A stretch of DNA of 63,703 nt, filler included, from Collodictyon triciliatum (GCA_043381765.1; 18 parts of 17 records of this genome joined end to end with filler, not necessarily neighbours in it), one strand, 5' to 3'. Shown: positions 10,833 through 22,458, counted from the whole stretch's first letter. The notes: generated by a model not told the origin, from the sequence alone. Program-made: numbers and translations.

Positions 10833-13800
10833 CTCTTTGTATGGCAAGTAAAGGAATCCATATCGCGCTCCTGCTTCATATCCAAATCTTTCTGTCATGA
10901 TTTTCACTTTCCACAGTACAAAAGCAGGCAGACCGACCAAGAAAAGAAAGAAAACCGGAACAGATATTGCAAGCAGTTTCTGATATTCATCCGAGGCTGG
11001 GCTACATTGAACCCAGGGCTTGAAATTCAGATACCATATATTCACACCTTCGTCATAAACGGTGCATCCAAAAACACCAAACACCTCTCTTGCAACCGAG
11101 TAGTATATAAAAAACAGAAGATTCAAGGCGATGAAAACAGCCTGCCAAAATAATAATAATTTAGTAATACTAAAGATGAAGCTGAAACAAATATAAAGAT
11201 TTTACAATTAGATGTATTTTTCCTCCTTACTTTGTTCTGTTTGTGTCCATGTCCAAAATAGTACGTGGCTGAGCCAACAATGATAAAGATTGGTATTCTT
11301 GCAAAACTGAACATCAGAGAAGCAAACACATCGTCTACTCCAAGGACACAGGAAAGGTTGGGAAATTGAATTGAGCCGATCGACGATGAGACATCGATAA
11401 AGCTGTTTGCATCTTCTGAAAGAACGATTCCACCAGACACAATCGACAGTGTTTGCATGTGGAACATTATTATCCTGAGTTTTGCTACAAAAAATATTCT
11501 GATTAATAAAGAAAGAATCAATTGAAATAATTAGTAACATTTACCTGATTTTGATGTCTCTGTGAAATACAGATAGCAAATGAACATAAAAAATCCAATC
11601 GAACCAAGAATCAGGGTAGAATAAATCGTTCCTTTATCGCATTTCACACATGACCTCCCTTGATTTCCGTATCCATTCTGACATTTTGAGCAGGCATAAC
11701 CTTCATAACCCTCTTGACACAGGTCTGTGATTTCGACCGTCGTACTTGAATTCGAATTTTTCTCTGGAATCGACACATCACATGACTCGCGACGTGGACA
11801 TGGCAGTATTGATTTCACAGAGGTAATGCTTGGTGAAGCATGACAGAATTTCAAGGACGTTCCATCAAAGCAATCACATCCTCTTGGGCATTGAACACAG
11901 TTATTTCCAAAGCCAAAATATCCAGGTAAGCATTTGCAAAACTCAAAGTCATAGTATTCTGGATTCAAGTCAACCTCCAACTCAATCAGACCAGATTTCG
12001 AAATAATGGAAGGACAAAGGTAGCGTTTCGTTTCATCCTGGAGATTGAAAGGTGTTGTAAAACTCATGAAATCAGGAAGGAAATTAGCTGTTCCGCGATT
12101 CGTCGATGTTTTATTCAATCCCAAATACTCAAGCTTTGAAAACCCGATGTATGATTCAGGGATGTTTCCAACAATCGGATTTCCAGTGAGGTCAAGGGAA
12201 GTCCAGCTCAACAGAGTTGTAAGTTCATCAAGCTTAGTGATGTTGTTATTCTTAAGACGTAATGTTTTTACGTTAAGAACAAAGTCAAATATCCACCAAT
12301 TCAATGCTCCATTCAATTGGTTGTCATCAAGCAAAAGGTTTTCATAAAAGTAATCGTAATTTCCTGTAGTTGGTGAGATAAAAATACCAACATCTCCTGA
12401 AAACGAGTTGTTTCTTAAATCAATCGTCACTAGATTCGGCAGATTCCAGAATGAATCAGGAATGCTTCCAGAGAATTTGTTGTGGGATAAAACGAGTGAT
12501 TTCAGCTCTGACAGTCTCTGAAAATAGGTTGGAACTCTGCCGTTCATTTTGTTCCAAGACAAGTCGATGTATTTAATTGAAGGTAATATCCAATTTTCTG
12601 GGATAGAGCCAATAATTTGGTTTTCGCTCACATCCAGTCTTGTCAGATTCTTCAGATTGAACATCGGCAATGTGCCTGACAACTTATTTCGGAACAACAC
12701 TATTTCCTTGATGTTTATGCAATCTTTGAAATCAGGAACATTTCCCTCCAACTGATTCTCATAAACAGAAAAAATCTCCAGTTTATGAATATATGAAAAG
12801 TTTGGAATTGTGCCTAAAATTAATCATTAAATTAAGTTAAAAATGAAAATCAAAAAAAAAGAAGGAAAAATGAATAGTAATCACCATTCAATCGGTTTCT
12901 ATCAAGGTAAATTCTTAAAACATTTGGAATACCACTGAAGTTTGGAACAGTTCCTGTAATATAAAGTTAGTTTTGTATCAATGACAAATGAAATTAATAA
13001 TAAAACTCACCATCCAGTAGATTGTTGTCAAGATGAATTTCTAAACCATTTGGAATTCCCCTAAAATTTGGAACCATTCCTGTAATATAAAGTTAGTTTT
13101 TGTCAATAACACATGAAAATAATAATTAACTTACCATTCAATTGGTTGCTGGAAATAGAAATTCTTTCGACATTTGGAATTCCGTTAAAGTTTGGAACGG
13201 TTCCTGTTTTATTAAGTTAGTTTTGTACTCAATAATACATGAAAATTATCATTAAAATTTACCATTCAATTGATTGCTGTGAAGATAAACCCATAAAACA
13301 TTTGGAATCCCTCTAAAGTTTGGAACTGTTCCTTTAATATAAAGTTAGTTTTTATCAATAAAACATGAAATAATAATTAAAATTTACCGGTCAACTGGTT
13401 GCTGGAAAGATAAATTCTTAAAACATTTGGAATTCCTCTAAAGTTTGGAACTGTTCCTGTAATATAAAGTTAGTTTTGTATCAATAACACATGAAATAAT
13501 AGTTTAAACTTACCGGTCAACTGATTGCTGAAAAAAATAATTCTTAAAACATTTGGAATTCTACTGAAGTTTGGAACCGTTCCTGTAGTATAAAAAATTA
13601 GTATTTCTGTGCCATCATATTTAATTAAATAAAAAACAAACCATGAATATTGCAGCCATAAATCTGAAGAATCTGAACATTTGGCAACGCTGAGAAGTCA
13701 GGCAGAGTTCCTGAGATGAAAAATCATTATAATTCAGAATAAATCATATTGGAAATTACTTTGTACCTGTAATTTTTTCACTTCCACCAATGTATAATAT

Positions 13801-14262
13801 CTTCAGTGACTGTATTCCAGAAAAATTTGGTATTGTTCCTTCCAAGTCATTCCCATGAATCTCAAGATGTTGAATATTCGGCATTCCTTGAAAGTCTGGA
13901 ATCGTTCCAGTAATTCGATTCACAAAGAGATTCATATACGTAATACTTGGGAGATTAAAGTCTGGAAGATTTCCGTAAATGAAGTTGTAGCTCATGTCCA
14001 AGGAATCCAATAATTGGAGCTTCTCGAAAATTGCAGAGGCAGCTTCAATGTCACCGTTAAGATTGTTTCCTGACATCCTGACTTCATATATAGGACATGT
14101 GTTGTTCTATAAATAAAAGAAAATATGTCAAGAATAAAATCAATAGAGATTATCGTCATTTCATGAAATCACCTTATAAACCTCATCCGAACAGCTCTGA
14201 TGACAAGATATTCCATACCAACCACAAATTGGAATACTTTCATTCTTCCATCCAGTGTTCCG
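10833..14262 (-). CDS. LRR + Cys-rich + multi-pass transmembrane receptor-like protein, both ends truncated by the contig
   Basis: Exons 14262-14173, 14106-13767, seven 69-nt exons, 12813-11545, 11484-11231 and 11141-10833 splice in frame. They encode an LRRNT_2-like cap (W..ICGWYGISC), many 23-aa LRRs (LxxNxLxGxxPxF), Cys-rich CKCLPGYFG..CVQCP and LCQEGYEGYACSKCQNGY, then at least 5 hydrophobic helices and a YGFLYLPYK motif. Confidence 0.9.
12885..13710 (-). repeat. Tandem array of single-LRR exon cassettes (7 x 69-nt phase-1 exons, 55-59-nt introns)
   Basis: Exons at 13642-13710, 13514-13582, 13388-13456, 13263-13331, 13135-13203, 13011-13079 and 12885-12953 are each bounded by AG/GT. Five introns share a 3' end close to AAAACTAACTTTATATTACAG. 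Confidence 0.95.
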
Positions 14263-14639
14263 NNNNNNNNNNNNNNNNNNNNNNNNNNNNNNNNNNNNNN
14301 NNNNNNTTAATTAATTAANNNNNNNNNNNNNNNNNNNNNNNNNNNNNNNNNNNNNNNNNNNNCAAGGAAGCACAAGCACACAAGTTCTGCACAAGTCGTC
14401 TTCTCTGAAAAATCCGCCGGCCTTTGCGGGATATTTAATGTCGTCTTGTCGAAATCCTTGCTTTTCTTTTTTTATTCTCAAAGTACTTTCTGATCTCCTT
14501 GTGTGCACAACCCCACCGTTCTGACTCGAGTAATTCTGTCCTGTATGATTGTCAAGTCCACTCATAAAACAAATAAATGATGTGTATTGTATTGACACCC
14601 AACCAGTCTAACCATATACACAGCCGGAATCTGTCCTAG

Positions 14640-16614
14640 ATGTCCGACTACCTCACACCCGCCCAAGTGGATGCTCTCATGGAAGAAGTCCGGAAACTCT
14701 CTTACTTTCCAATTGCTGATATTGCCACTCTGAAAGGATCCACATATCTGGATCTCAGTTGCAAGAATCTGTCATCTGTGCCGCCTGGTGTTTTTTTGTT
14801 GACTGGTCTGAAATGGTTGCATCTTTATAACAATCAGCTGTCATCGCTACCTGCACAAATATCGTGTCTGACCGGTCTCAGTATACTTCATGTTTATAAA
14901 AATCAGCTGTCATCGCTACCTGCACAAATATCGTGTTTGACTGGTCTCACATATCTTGAAGTTTATGCAAATCCGGTATGTTTTTATTCATATATTATAT
15001 TATTATTTATGTTTAAAAGAAAGTGACTGACAACGATACACGCAGATGGAGGAGCTTCCAGCACAGATCACAGCCCTCACAAATCTGAAAAATCTCTACA
15101 TCGAGAGCGGTGGAAAAATAAACATAAAGAGAGCCCCGCGTGGCATCTCAAATCTCCCCTGCTGGACTAACACCGGATACGGTGACAACAAACACATCCG
15201 CGCTCTGCAGCTCTACGACCCCGTAAGCACACATCCACCCCCAACCCCCACTTACACAACACAGCACACAACTAACGTAACTCTAGGTCGATACCGCAGC
15301 TGAAGCTAAAAAAGCTGAAGAACCTAAAAAAGCTGAAGAAGCTAAAAAAGCTGAAGAAGCTAAAAAAGCTGAAGAAGCTAAAAAAGCTGAAGAAGCTAAA
15401 AGAGCTGAAGAAGCTAAAAGAGCTGAAGAAGCTAAAAAGGCTGAAGAAGCTAAAAGAGCAGATTCATCAAGTATGTTAATATACTTACCTCACATGCAAT
15501 TGTCTACTGTTACCTCAGGGATACATCTCACTATAACCCCACCTTAGCACCCGGCCGCCTAGCCCGTGGCAACTATGCCGATCTCCTGACAATGGACTTT
15601 GAGAAGCGGGACAACTTTCTGGGCAAGGGCGGCTTCGGCGCAGCATACAAGGTGCAGCTGAAGGCAGGCCTCTTCGCCGTCAAGAAGATCGGCGATGCTA
15701 TGGTCACCGCTGCCGACGGCACCGACCCGGAGAAGGAAGGCAACATGATGCTCGAGCTGCAGCACCCAAACATCCTGACGCTCTACGACTTCGGCTTCCG
15801 CGGCAAGGACCTGCTCTTCGTCATGGAGTTTGCAGACGGCGGAGAGCTCTGCTCACTGGTCAAGAAGCAAGGGGCACTCAGCATCGACCTGACCCTCAAG
15901 TATGGGCTGCACATCATCCAGGGCCTCGCCTACCTGCATACACGACCAAGGCCCATCCAGCACCGCGACCTCAAGACCGAGAACGTCCTGCTTGTGAACG
16001 GCGTCGCCAAGCTGACGGACTTCGGCCTTGCAAAGAGCGGCGTCTCAGTCAACTCAGCGAGCGGCTTCAATGGCACCAAGAAATGGTCGCCGCCCGAGGC
16101 CTTCGAGATCGGCAAGAGCATGGGGCTGCCCAGCGACGTCTACTCGTACGGCGTGGTGCTCTGGTCCATGCTGAGCGGCGAGTATCCGTACGAAGGCATG
16201 ACGGACGGCCAGGTTGGCGCCTGTGTGACCAACGGTAAAACTCCCTCTATCCCCACAACCTGTCCTTCTAACCTCGCAGTTCTGATCCGCAAGTGCTGGG
16301 AAAGAGACTACGAGACTCGCATCAATACCCAGCAGGTCGAGGCCGAGCTCAAGGGCATCATTTCTAATCCCATCGCTGTCCCGGCCACTCCGAGGTCGAG
16401 CTCTGTTAGAAACATGAGCATTCAAAGACTGACAGCTTATCTCGAGGAGAGGAATGCCAATCCGAAGCTGATACAGGCATGCATCGACAATGAGATAGGA
16501 GGTGCCGAGTTTGTCGTCCTTACCGAGGAGGACCTGAAGACTCTAGTTCCAGAGTTTAAGATTTTCCACATCCGAGCTGCACTCAATCTCGTCGAGGAGG
16601 CCAAGCGCACCTAA
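14640..16614 (+). CDS. LRR - charged repeat - TKL protein kinase - SAM domain protein (4 exons, one apparent frameshift)
   Basis: LRRs LHLYNNQLSSLPAQISCLTGL; kinase motifs GKGGFG, AVKK, HRDLKTENVLL, DFG, WSPPE and SDVYSYG; C-terminal SAM-like MSIQRLTAYL...NEIGGAEFVVLTEEDLK. Introns follow NP|, DP| and SS-a|. Confidence 0.9.
15298..15458 (+). repeat. 18-bp coding repeat (AEEAKK/R)n linker
   Basis: About 8-9 copies of GCTGAAGAAGCTAAAAAA/AGA in exon 3 of the LRR-kinase. Confidence 0.9.
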
Positions 16615-17429
16615 TCACCGCCCCACTCCCTCGTTCATTCATGGGTTATGTAGCATTCGCTTGACCCTCTGTTGATTTCTGACCCCACACATCCCTATCA
16701 CACCCACAACTGAATAAAAGAAAAAACAAAACAATTCTCCGCTCCGCCCCCATCTTACGAAAGAATAATAGTAGCCGTTGTCTGGTTTTGCTGATTGGTT
16801 GCGTTGCGGAAAAAAAGCTGGATCTTCCGCGAGCCTGTGGTGCGTGTAACTGAAATCCGTTTTCACGGGATAGGAAGCCGTTCCATTGGTGTAAAATATA
16901 CAAAAGTGGATTATATACAAATAAACACAAATGATATCAAATATGCAATAGATATCAACTATAATTCTATATTTCTATTATATATTATCATTTGTACTTG
17001 CATTACTGAATTTCATTTATGGTGCATTGTCATTGAATGTTTGATTGTTGGTGTGGCACAGAAACTCCTTTGCACAGACCCAAATGCTGCAGATCAATTG
17101 AAAAAAAGTCGGCTATGTTGTGCGCTAGGAAAATAGTATAGATAGCAATCGACTTACATAAAATCGCTATAATTGCCCTTAATCTGGTGCAATTTTTGGG
17201 TAATTTTCTTTGAATGGTTCGAAAATCGTGACAGGAACCCTCAATCCGAGTTTGGAATTGACCACATGAACTTTTCGTCAAATTTGGTTATATTCACTGA
17301 ATTGAAAGTTTTGTGGGTTGAGTTCTTTTGTCATAATTCATAGAATTATAATTTCAGTGAATATATCCAAAATTGAATTGTTCAAATATGGAATATAATT
17401 ATTTTATCATAAAATATCATTATTAAAGG

Positions 17430-17848
17430 GCATGTTAGGCTACCCACAAGATGCTCTCTGAGCTTGATTATGCTCCCAACCGACTCAGCGCGTCTGACAT
17501 CCTGTTTGGCCCACAATACCAAATGACCCACGACTCTAGAATACTCTGGACAGTCACAAGGGGACATATGCTGTGGGCCTTATGGAGTGTGCGTGCATTC
17601 TCTCGCTCCAATGATTTACCCGAACGAGAAATCAATGTATCCAGGCTTGAAAGCCTCGTGCAATACAGCTTTTTGAACAGCCTGCTGAAACACAGCCGCA
17701 TTCTTCGCTACTCTGACCGCAAGCGAAGAGAGATGTGGGAATGTGTCGTAAGATATCTCCCACAGCATATCCAACCCCTGCTACCCACGCAACCAATCAA
17801 CCAGTTGGGACGCCCACCTGACCAGCTCGCTATCACTGATTTCTTTCC
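17430..17848 (+). mobile_element. Fragment of a non-LTR retrotransposon (L1/Tx1-like ORF2 C-terminal region)
   Basis: The ORF DILFGPQ...ILWTVTRGHMLWALWSVR resembles the post-zinc-knuckle 'LWxIWxxRN' region of L1-clade ORF2. It is intronless, steps up in GC from the AT-rich flank and runs into the contig end. Confidence 0.55.
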
Positions 17849-18355
17849 NNNNNNNNNNNNNNNNNNNNNNNNNNNNNNNNNNNNNNNNNNNNTTAATTAA
17901 TTAANNNNNNNNNNNNNNNNNNNNNNNNNNNNNNNNNNNNNNNNNNNNCTTTTTTCTTTTTTCTTTTTTCTTTTTTCTTTTTTCTTTTTTCTTTTTTCTT
18001 TTTTCTTTTTTCTTTTTTCTTTTTTCTTTTTTCTTTTTTCTTTTGAGCTCTATTCACCTTGCTGCAGCTGCTGGCTGTGGAGAGTCCTGGAACTGCATGT
18101 TGCCTTGAGAACACAAAGAAGACCGCGCCGTGTCTTGTGCGCCCGAGCAGAGAAGGGAAAGAAACACGAAATGAAACGGAAAAATGGCTCAAAATAAATT
18201 TGGTATACTTGATATGGTATTATGGGGCAACCATTTGCCTTTTTTTTTGTTTCTAATTACGATACCTGTCAAAAGCAGAAGCAAAGGCACACAAACAGAC
18301 ACGCAGGGACTCACCACACAAAGACGCAGAGCCCAGGCAGCAAAAGGCAGCAAAG

Positions 18356-18959
18356 ATGAATCCCGACATGCAACCCATGAACCAAACATTTCAAGCCTTG
18401 CAAGTGGACACAGGCGTTCTGGCCATTCCTGCAACAGGCGCCACCGAGGCGGACGGAACTGTCCTTTTGCATGACTCAAACTTTACCGTTCCCGGCCCAG
18501 CTTCCAGTGTGCGCATCCACTTCGACGCCGACCAAACTCAGCTTCCAGGGACTGTTGGAGTCGACCCATCTTTTATCAAATGTGGGTGGCCTGACACATA
18601 GTCGAGCTACATGTCTTGGACTGTTTTTATCGTGTTTTGATATTATTTAATATTTTATTCTATCTTATATTTTGTCACGAAGGACAAAGTAGTCAAGACC
18701 ACTGCGCGAAGCCTCACAAGCAATTCCCTTAATTTTTCTACTTCTTGTTTTTATTATTATTTCTATTATTAACTAATTGAACTCTGCAGTAACCTCTGTG
18801 GCATCAGGGCACCATCAAATCCTGAACGGCCTCGGCATCCAGCAGTGGTACCACACATCCGCCGGCTTGGATGGCAATGTGTTTCGCCTCCAGGTGTATG
18901 CGTATCCCGGTACTCGAGGTACGGTACGCGCAAGCATCCGCGGCGCCACTTGCACCTAG
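18356..18959 (+). CDS. Small (~130 aa) orphan protein, two exons, beta-strand-like
   Basis: Exon 1 MNPDMQ...DPSFIK-t|GTGGGT, an AT-rich intron, then CTGCAG|ta-TSVASGHHQ...GATCT*. The phases match, and GC-rich exons flank the AT-rich intron. Confidence 0.7.
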
Positions 18960-19522
18960 GCCCCTCTGCGACCGAAACTTCCGCATGTGGGTGGCAAGTC
19001 GTCTAATAAACTGTTTTGTACCACCCCATAAAACCTATTTGTTTTATCCCAGATTAGTCGTGTCGTCCATATTTTTACGCGCTCATACCTAATTTATTTT
19101 TCGGAGGAAATTTCCTGAAAACACTTGCTGAACGCGTTGGGCGCGATTGCCCATATTTGGAATGCCCAATTTGTATGCTTAGCACCCAGCGAAGCCCGTA
19201 GAAATTCAAGGCGCTGTGAGCACGATACCCTGATCACCTGTCAAAAAGATCGGATCGCGGGCGCGCGATACACCCCCAAACCCACAACCCCGACCAATGG
19301 ATCGGTTGTCTCGAATCTGAGGGTGGCTGGACGATCTACGCCGTGAAACAGCATTTGCCTGCACCGACCGAAAAAAAATAATCACAAACTGGAATTATAA
19401 AACAAAAGGAAAGAAAGTAAAAAAAAACGCCCAAGAAGCAGGCAGGCAGCCATCAATAGCCAGCTCACAGGATACTATTCAACTACAATGAACCCCCACA
19501 GACACACAACCAGGACGCAGCC

Positions 19523-20483
19523 ATGGCCGAGGAATCACGCGAAGACTTTGTGTACGGCGCCAAGCTCGCAGAGCAGGCGGAACGCTATGACGGTAAGTCC
19601 CTCACGCCCGATGCCCAACACCCTCCGGAACATACAAGAGAGTGAGAATTCCGACGCAAACCCATACCCAAACCCATAACCATACCCAAACCCCGCGCCA
19701 GAAATGGTGGAGGCGATGAAGAAGGTCGCGAAGCTCAACGTGGACCTGAGCGTGGAGGAGCGCAACCTGCTGTCCGTGGCGTACAAGAACGTGATCGGGT
19801 CGCGGCGCTCGTCGTGGCGCATCATCTCGTCGATCGAGCAGAAGGAGGCGTCGCGGCACAACGAGGCGCGCGTGGCCAGGACGGCCGAGTACCGTACCAA
19901 GGTGGAGTCTGAGCTGACGGCCGTGTGCCACGACATCCTCACGGTCCTGGACAAGCACCTGATCCCGGCGGCCGCCAGCGGCGAGAGCAAGGTCTTCTAC
20001 CACAAGATGAAGGGCGACTACCACCGCTACATGGCCGAGTTCTCGGTCGGCGCCCAGCGCAAGGAGGCGGGCGACAACTCCCTGGCTGCCTACAAGGCCG
20101 CCGCCGACATCGCCTCCACCGAGCTGCCCCCGACCCACCCCATCCGCCTCGGCCTCGCCCTCAACTTCTCGGTCTTCTACTACGAGATCCTCAACATCCC
20201 CGACCAGGCATGCACCCTGGCCAAGCAGGCCTTCGACGACGCCATTGCCGAGCTCGACACCCTCAGCGAAGAGTCCTACAAGGACTCCACCCTCATCATG
20301 CAGCTGCTCCGCGACAACCTGACCCTCTGGACCTCCGACCTGCAAGGTGGGCCTCTCCCCTCCATATCTTCTCTCTCTCTGTCTCTCTCCACCCATTTCG
20401 CGCGTGCTCATGTCATTTCTGGAATTGCAGACGCCAAGGCTGACAACGACGGCACCAAGCTCGAGGATGCCGAGGACCAGTAA
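19523..20483 (+). CDS. 14-3-3 protein, complete, 3 exons (19523-19592, 19702-20346, 20431-20483)
   Basis: [75 protein letters not shown]. Confidence 0.99.
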
Positions 20484-20861
20484 AAGGACTCTGCTGTTGC
20501 TTTGCTTATGCTGCCGCTTGCTTCCCTCTCCGTGGTTTCTCATGTCTCCTCAATTATTTTTTTTTTTATGAATATATGCTGCAAACAAATTTTCTTTCTT
20601 TTTCTCTCTCTCCTGCTTCTCCTCCTCACTGCACCCGTCTGGCAGACTTGGCATCGGCTCCTCAGATGCGCGGGGCGACACGGAGTCTCAAAGTAGAGGC
20701 TCTCTCAACCGCTGCATAAACCCATGCCTGCATGCTACTACTTTGCCCTCTGCTTCGTTTATATCATCCGGGGTTTATGACGCTGCGTTTTGGTTTGAGT
20801 GGTGCTCGGAAGGAGAGAGAAAAGATGGTGGGCGATGGCACAGAGGGAGGAAGGGCGGCGA

Positions 20862-21102
20862 TTAGTTGGCAGACGACGAGGCCTTGATCTCCTCGACGCA
20901 CTCTTCGTAGGCGGCCTTGTACTCGGCGTCCTGCTCGTTCGTCATCGCGAGGATGCAGCTGGTTGGGCGCTTTGTGGCGCTGGCCAGGGCGAGGTCGCTC
21001 ATGCTGCGCACATAGATGTACGGGATGTTGTTTTCCTCGCAGAAGACAGGCAGGTGGCTGATCACGTCGACCGGCGAAGTGTCTCCCGCAAGAACGAGGA
21101 TG
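20862..21102 (-). CDS. NHP2: H/ACA snoRNP protein NHP2 (L7Ae family), last exon
   Basis: LAGDTSPVDVISHLPVFCEENNIPYIYV..LALASATKRPTSC follows a TTCCAG acceptor. Upstream exons are lost at the contig end. Confidence 0.9.
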
Positions 21103-21238
21103 CTGGAATGACAGACAGACAGACAGACAGACAGACATTCGACTGTGGTGAGTGAGGATGCAATAGCATCATCTGCCTTTTCTTCCTTTGTTGGTGACCG
21201 CCAACAGATAAAGTAAGCTCTTTTTATTTCCTTTGTTC

Positions 21239-21272
<34 letters not shown>

Positions 21273-21534
21273 CTTTTCTTTTCTTTTCTTTTTTCTTTTT
21301 TTCTTTTCTTTTCTTTTCTTTTCTTTTTCTTTCTTTTCTTTTTCTTTCTTTTCTTTTTCTTTTCTTTTTCTTTTCTTTTTCTTTTTCTTTTTCTTTTTCT
21401 TTTTCTTTTTCTTTTTCTTTTTCTTTTCTTTTCTNNNNNNNNNNNNNNNNNNNNNNNNNNNNNNNNNNNNNNNNNNNNTTAATTAATTAANNNNNNNNNN
21501 NNNNNNNNNNNNNNNNNNNNNNNNNNNNNNNNNN

Positions 21535-22458
21535 TGGGAAAGCAACTTGTTGCAGGATGAAGGAGCTGTTTCCTTCTCTCAACCTGATGATGCAGAAGCC
21601 TTTTGCTCTATCCCAGCAAAGTTGGCCCGTAACAGCATGTAGCTGGGTAGACTCACACATTTCACAGTTTTCATACAGAATCATCCAACGCGCTAGTAGC
21701 GGCTCGGGCGTGTTTGGCGGTGGTGATGGGATTCTGCTCTCACAGAGCTGTACCTTGAAGTTCGGGCATATGCGATGGATGAGATACCACATTCTACGCT
21801 GCCAAAATCCTTTCGGATGGGTGAGCATATTGGTCCACCATCTCATCGTGAGCGATGTCCATGCAATACCAGGCGTTATGAGTCCCATCCCTCCCTCTGC
21901 AGGCGTCTTAGAGAGCGTCTTGATTTTATATTTTTGATTATTCGTTGTGATGAAGTTGCGGCAGTTGTCTTTCAGCTCCTTCGGATTCTTGAGATTCAGC
22001 AAAGTGCCTTTCATGTTGTAGATAAGGGTCGACAGCATCACTTGGTTCCACAACCTTAGTTTCCCAACGTCTGAGAGATGAAAGTTGCTCCACACTGATA
22101 TTTTCGATTTGATGTCCTCAACTAGGCTTGTCCATTTGCTATCCGATTGTGGACCGATTATGATGCCAAGGTTCTTGAGTGGATGTGACAGTGGTTTCCA
22201 CACAATGTTTCCTGGAAACATCAGTCCATCCTGAAACCCAAAAAGAATTCCGTCTGTCTTTTCACAGTTGATTTTCCCGCCGACTGCTCGTGTGTATTCT
22301 TGCATGCATTTGTTGGCGAGTGTGGCGCCTTCGGGAGACCGCAAGATGAATGATGTGTCGTCTGTATATTGAAGTAGTAGTTGGTTGCGCACCTTGTTTT
22401 CGTTTCGGAAGTGGTTTGCAATACGGTCAGAGACAAGGTTGTAGAGCAGTGGTGCCAC
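21535..22458 (-). mobile_element. 5'-truncated non-LTR retrotransposon (L1-like) reverse transcriptase fragment
   Basis: APLLYNLV..QYTDDT (YADD motif), GGKINCEKT, LKNLGI, LSDVGKL and PAEGGMGL: RT domains 5-7, thumb and connector. Intronless and open for about 300 codons. Confidence 0.92.

Noticed and set aside
14263-14362. Apparent cluster of the LRR receptor next to the LRR kinase
   Set aside because: They lie on different contigs joined by an artificial linker.
19658-19692. AACCCATACCC repeats in the 14-3-3 intron as telomeric sequence
   Set aside because: Short, imperfect and intronic; not a telomere array.
19602-20543. 313-aa antisense ORF over 14-3-3 (likewise 52332-53070 and 16054-16425)
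   Set aside because: Shadow ORFs caused by GC-rich codon usage of the real gene.
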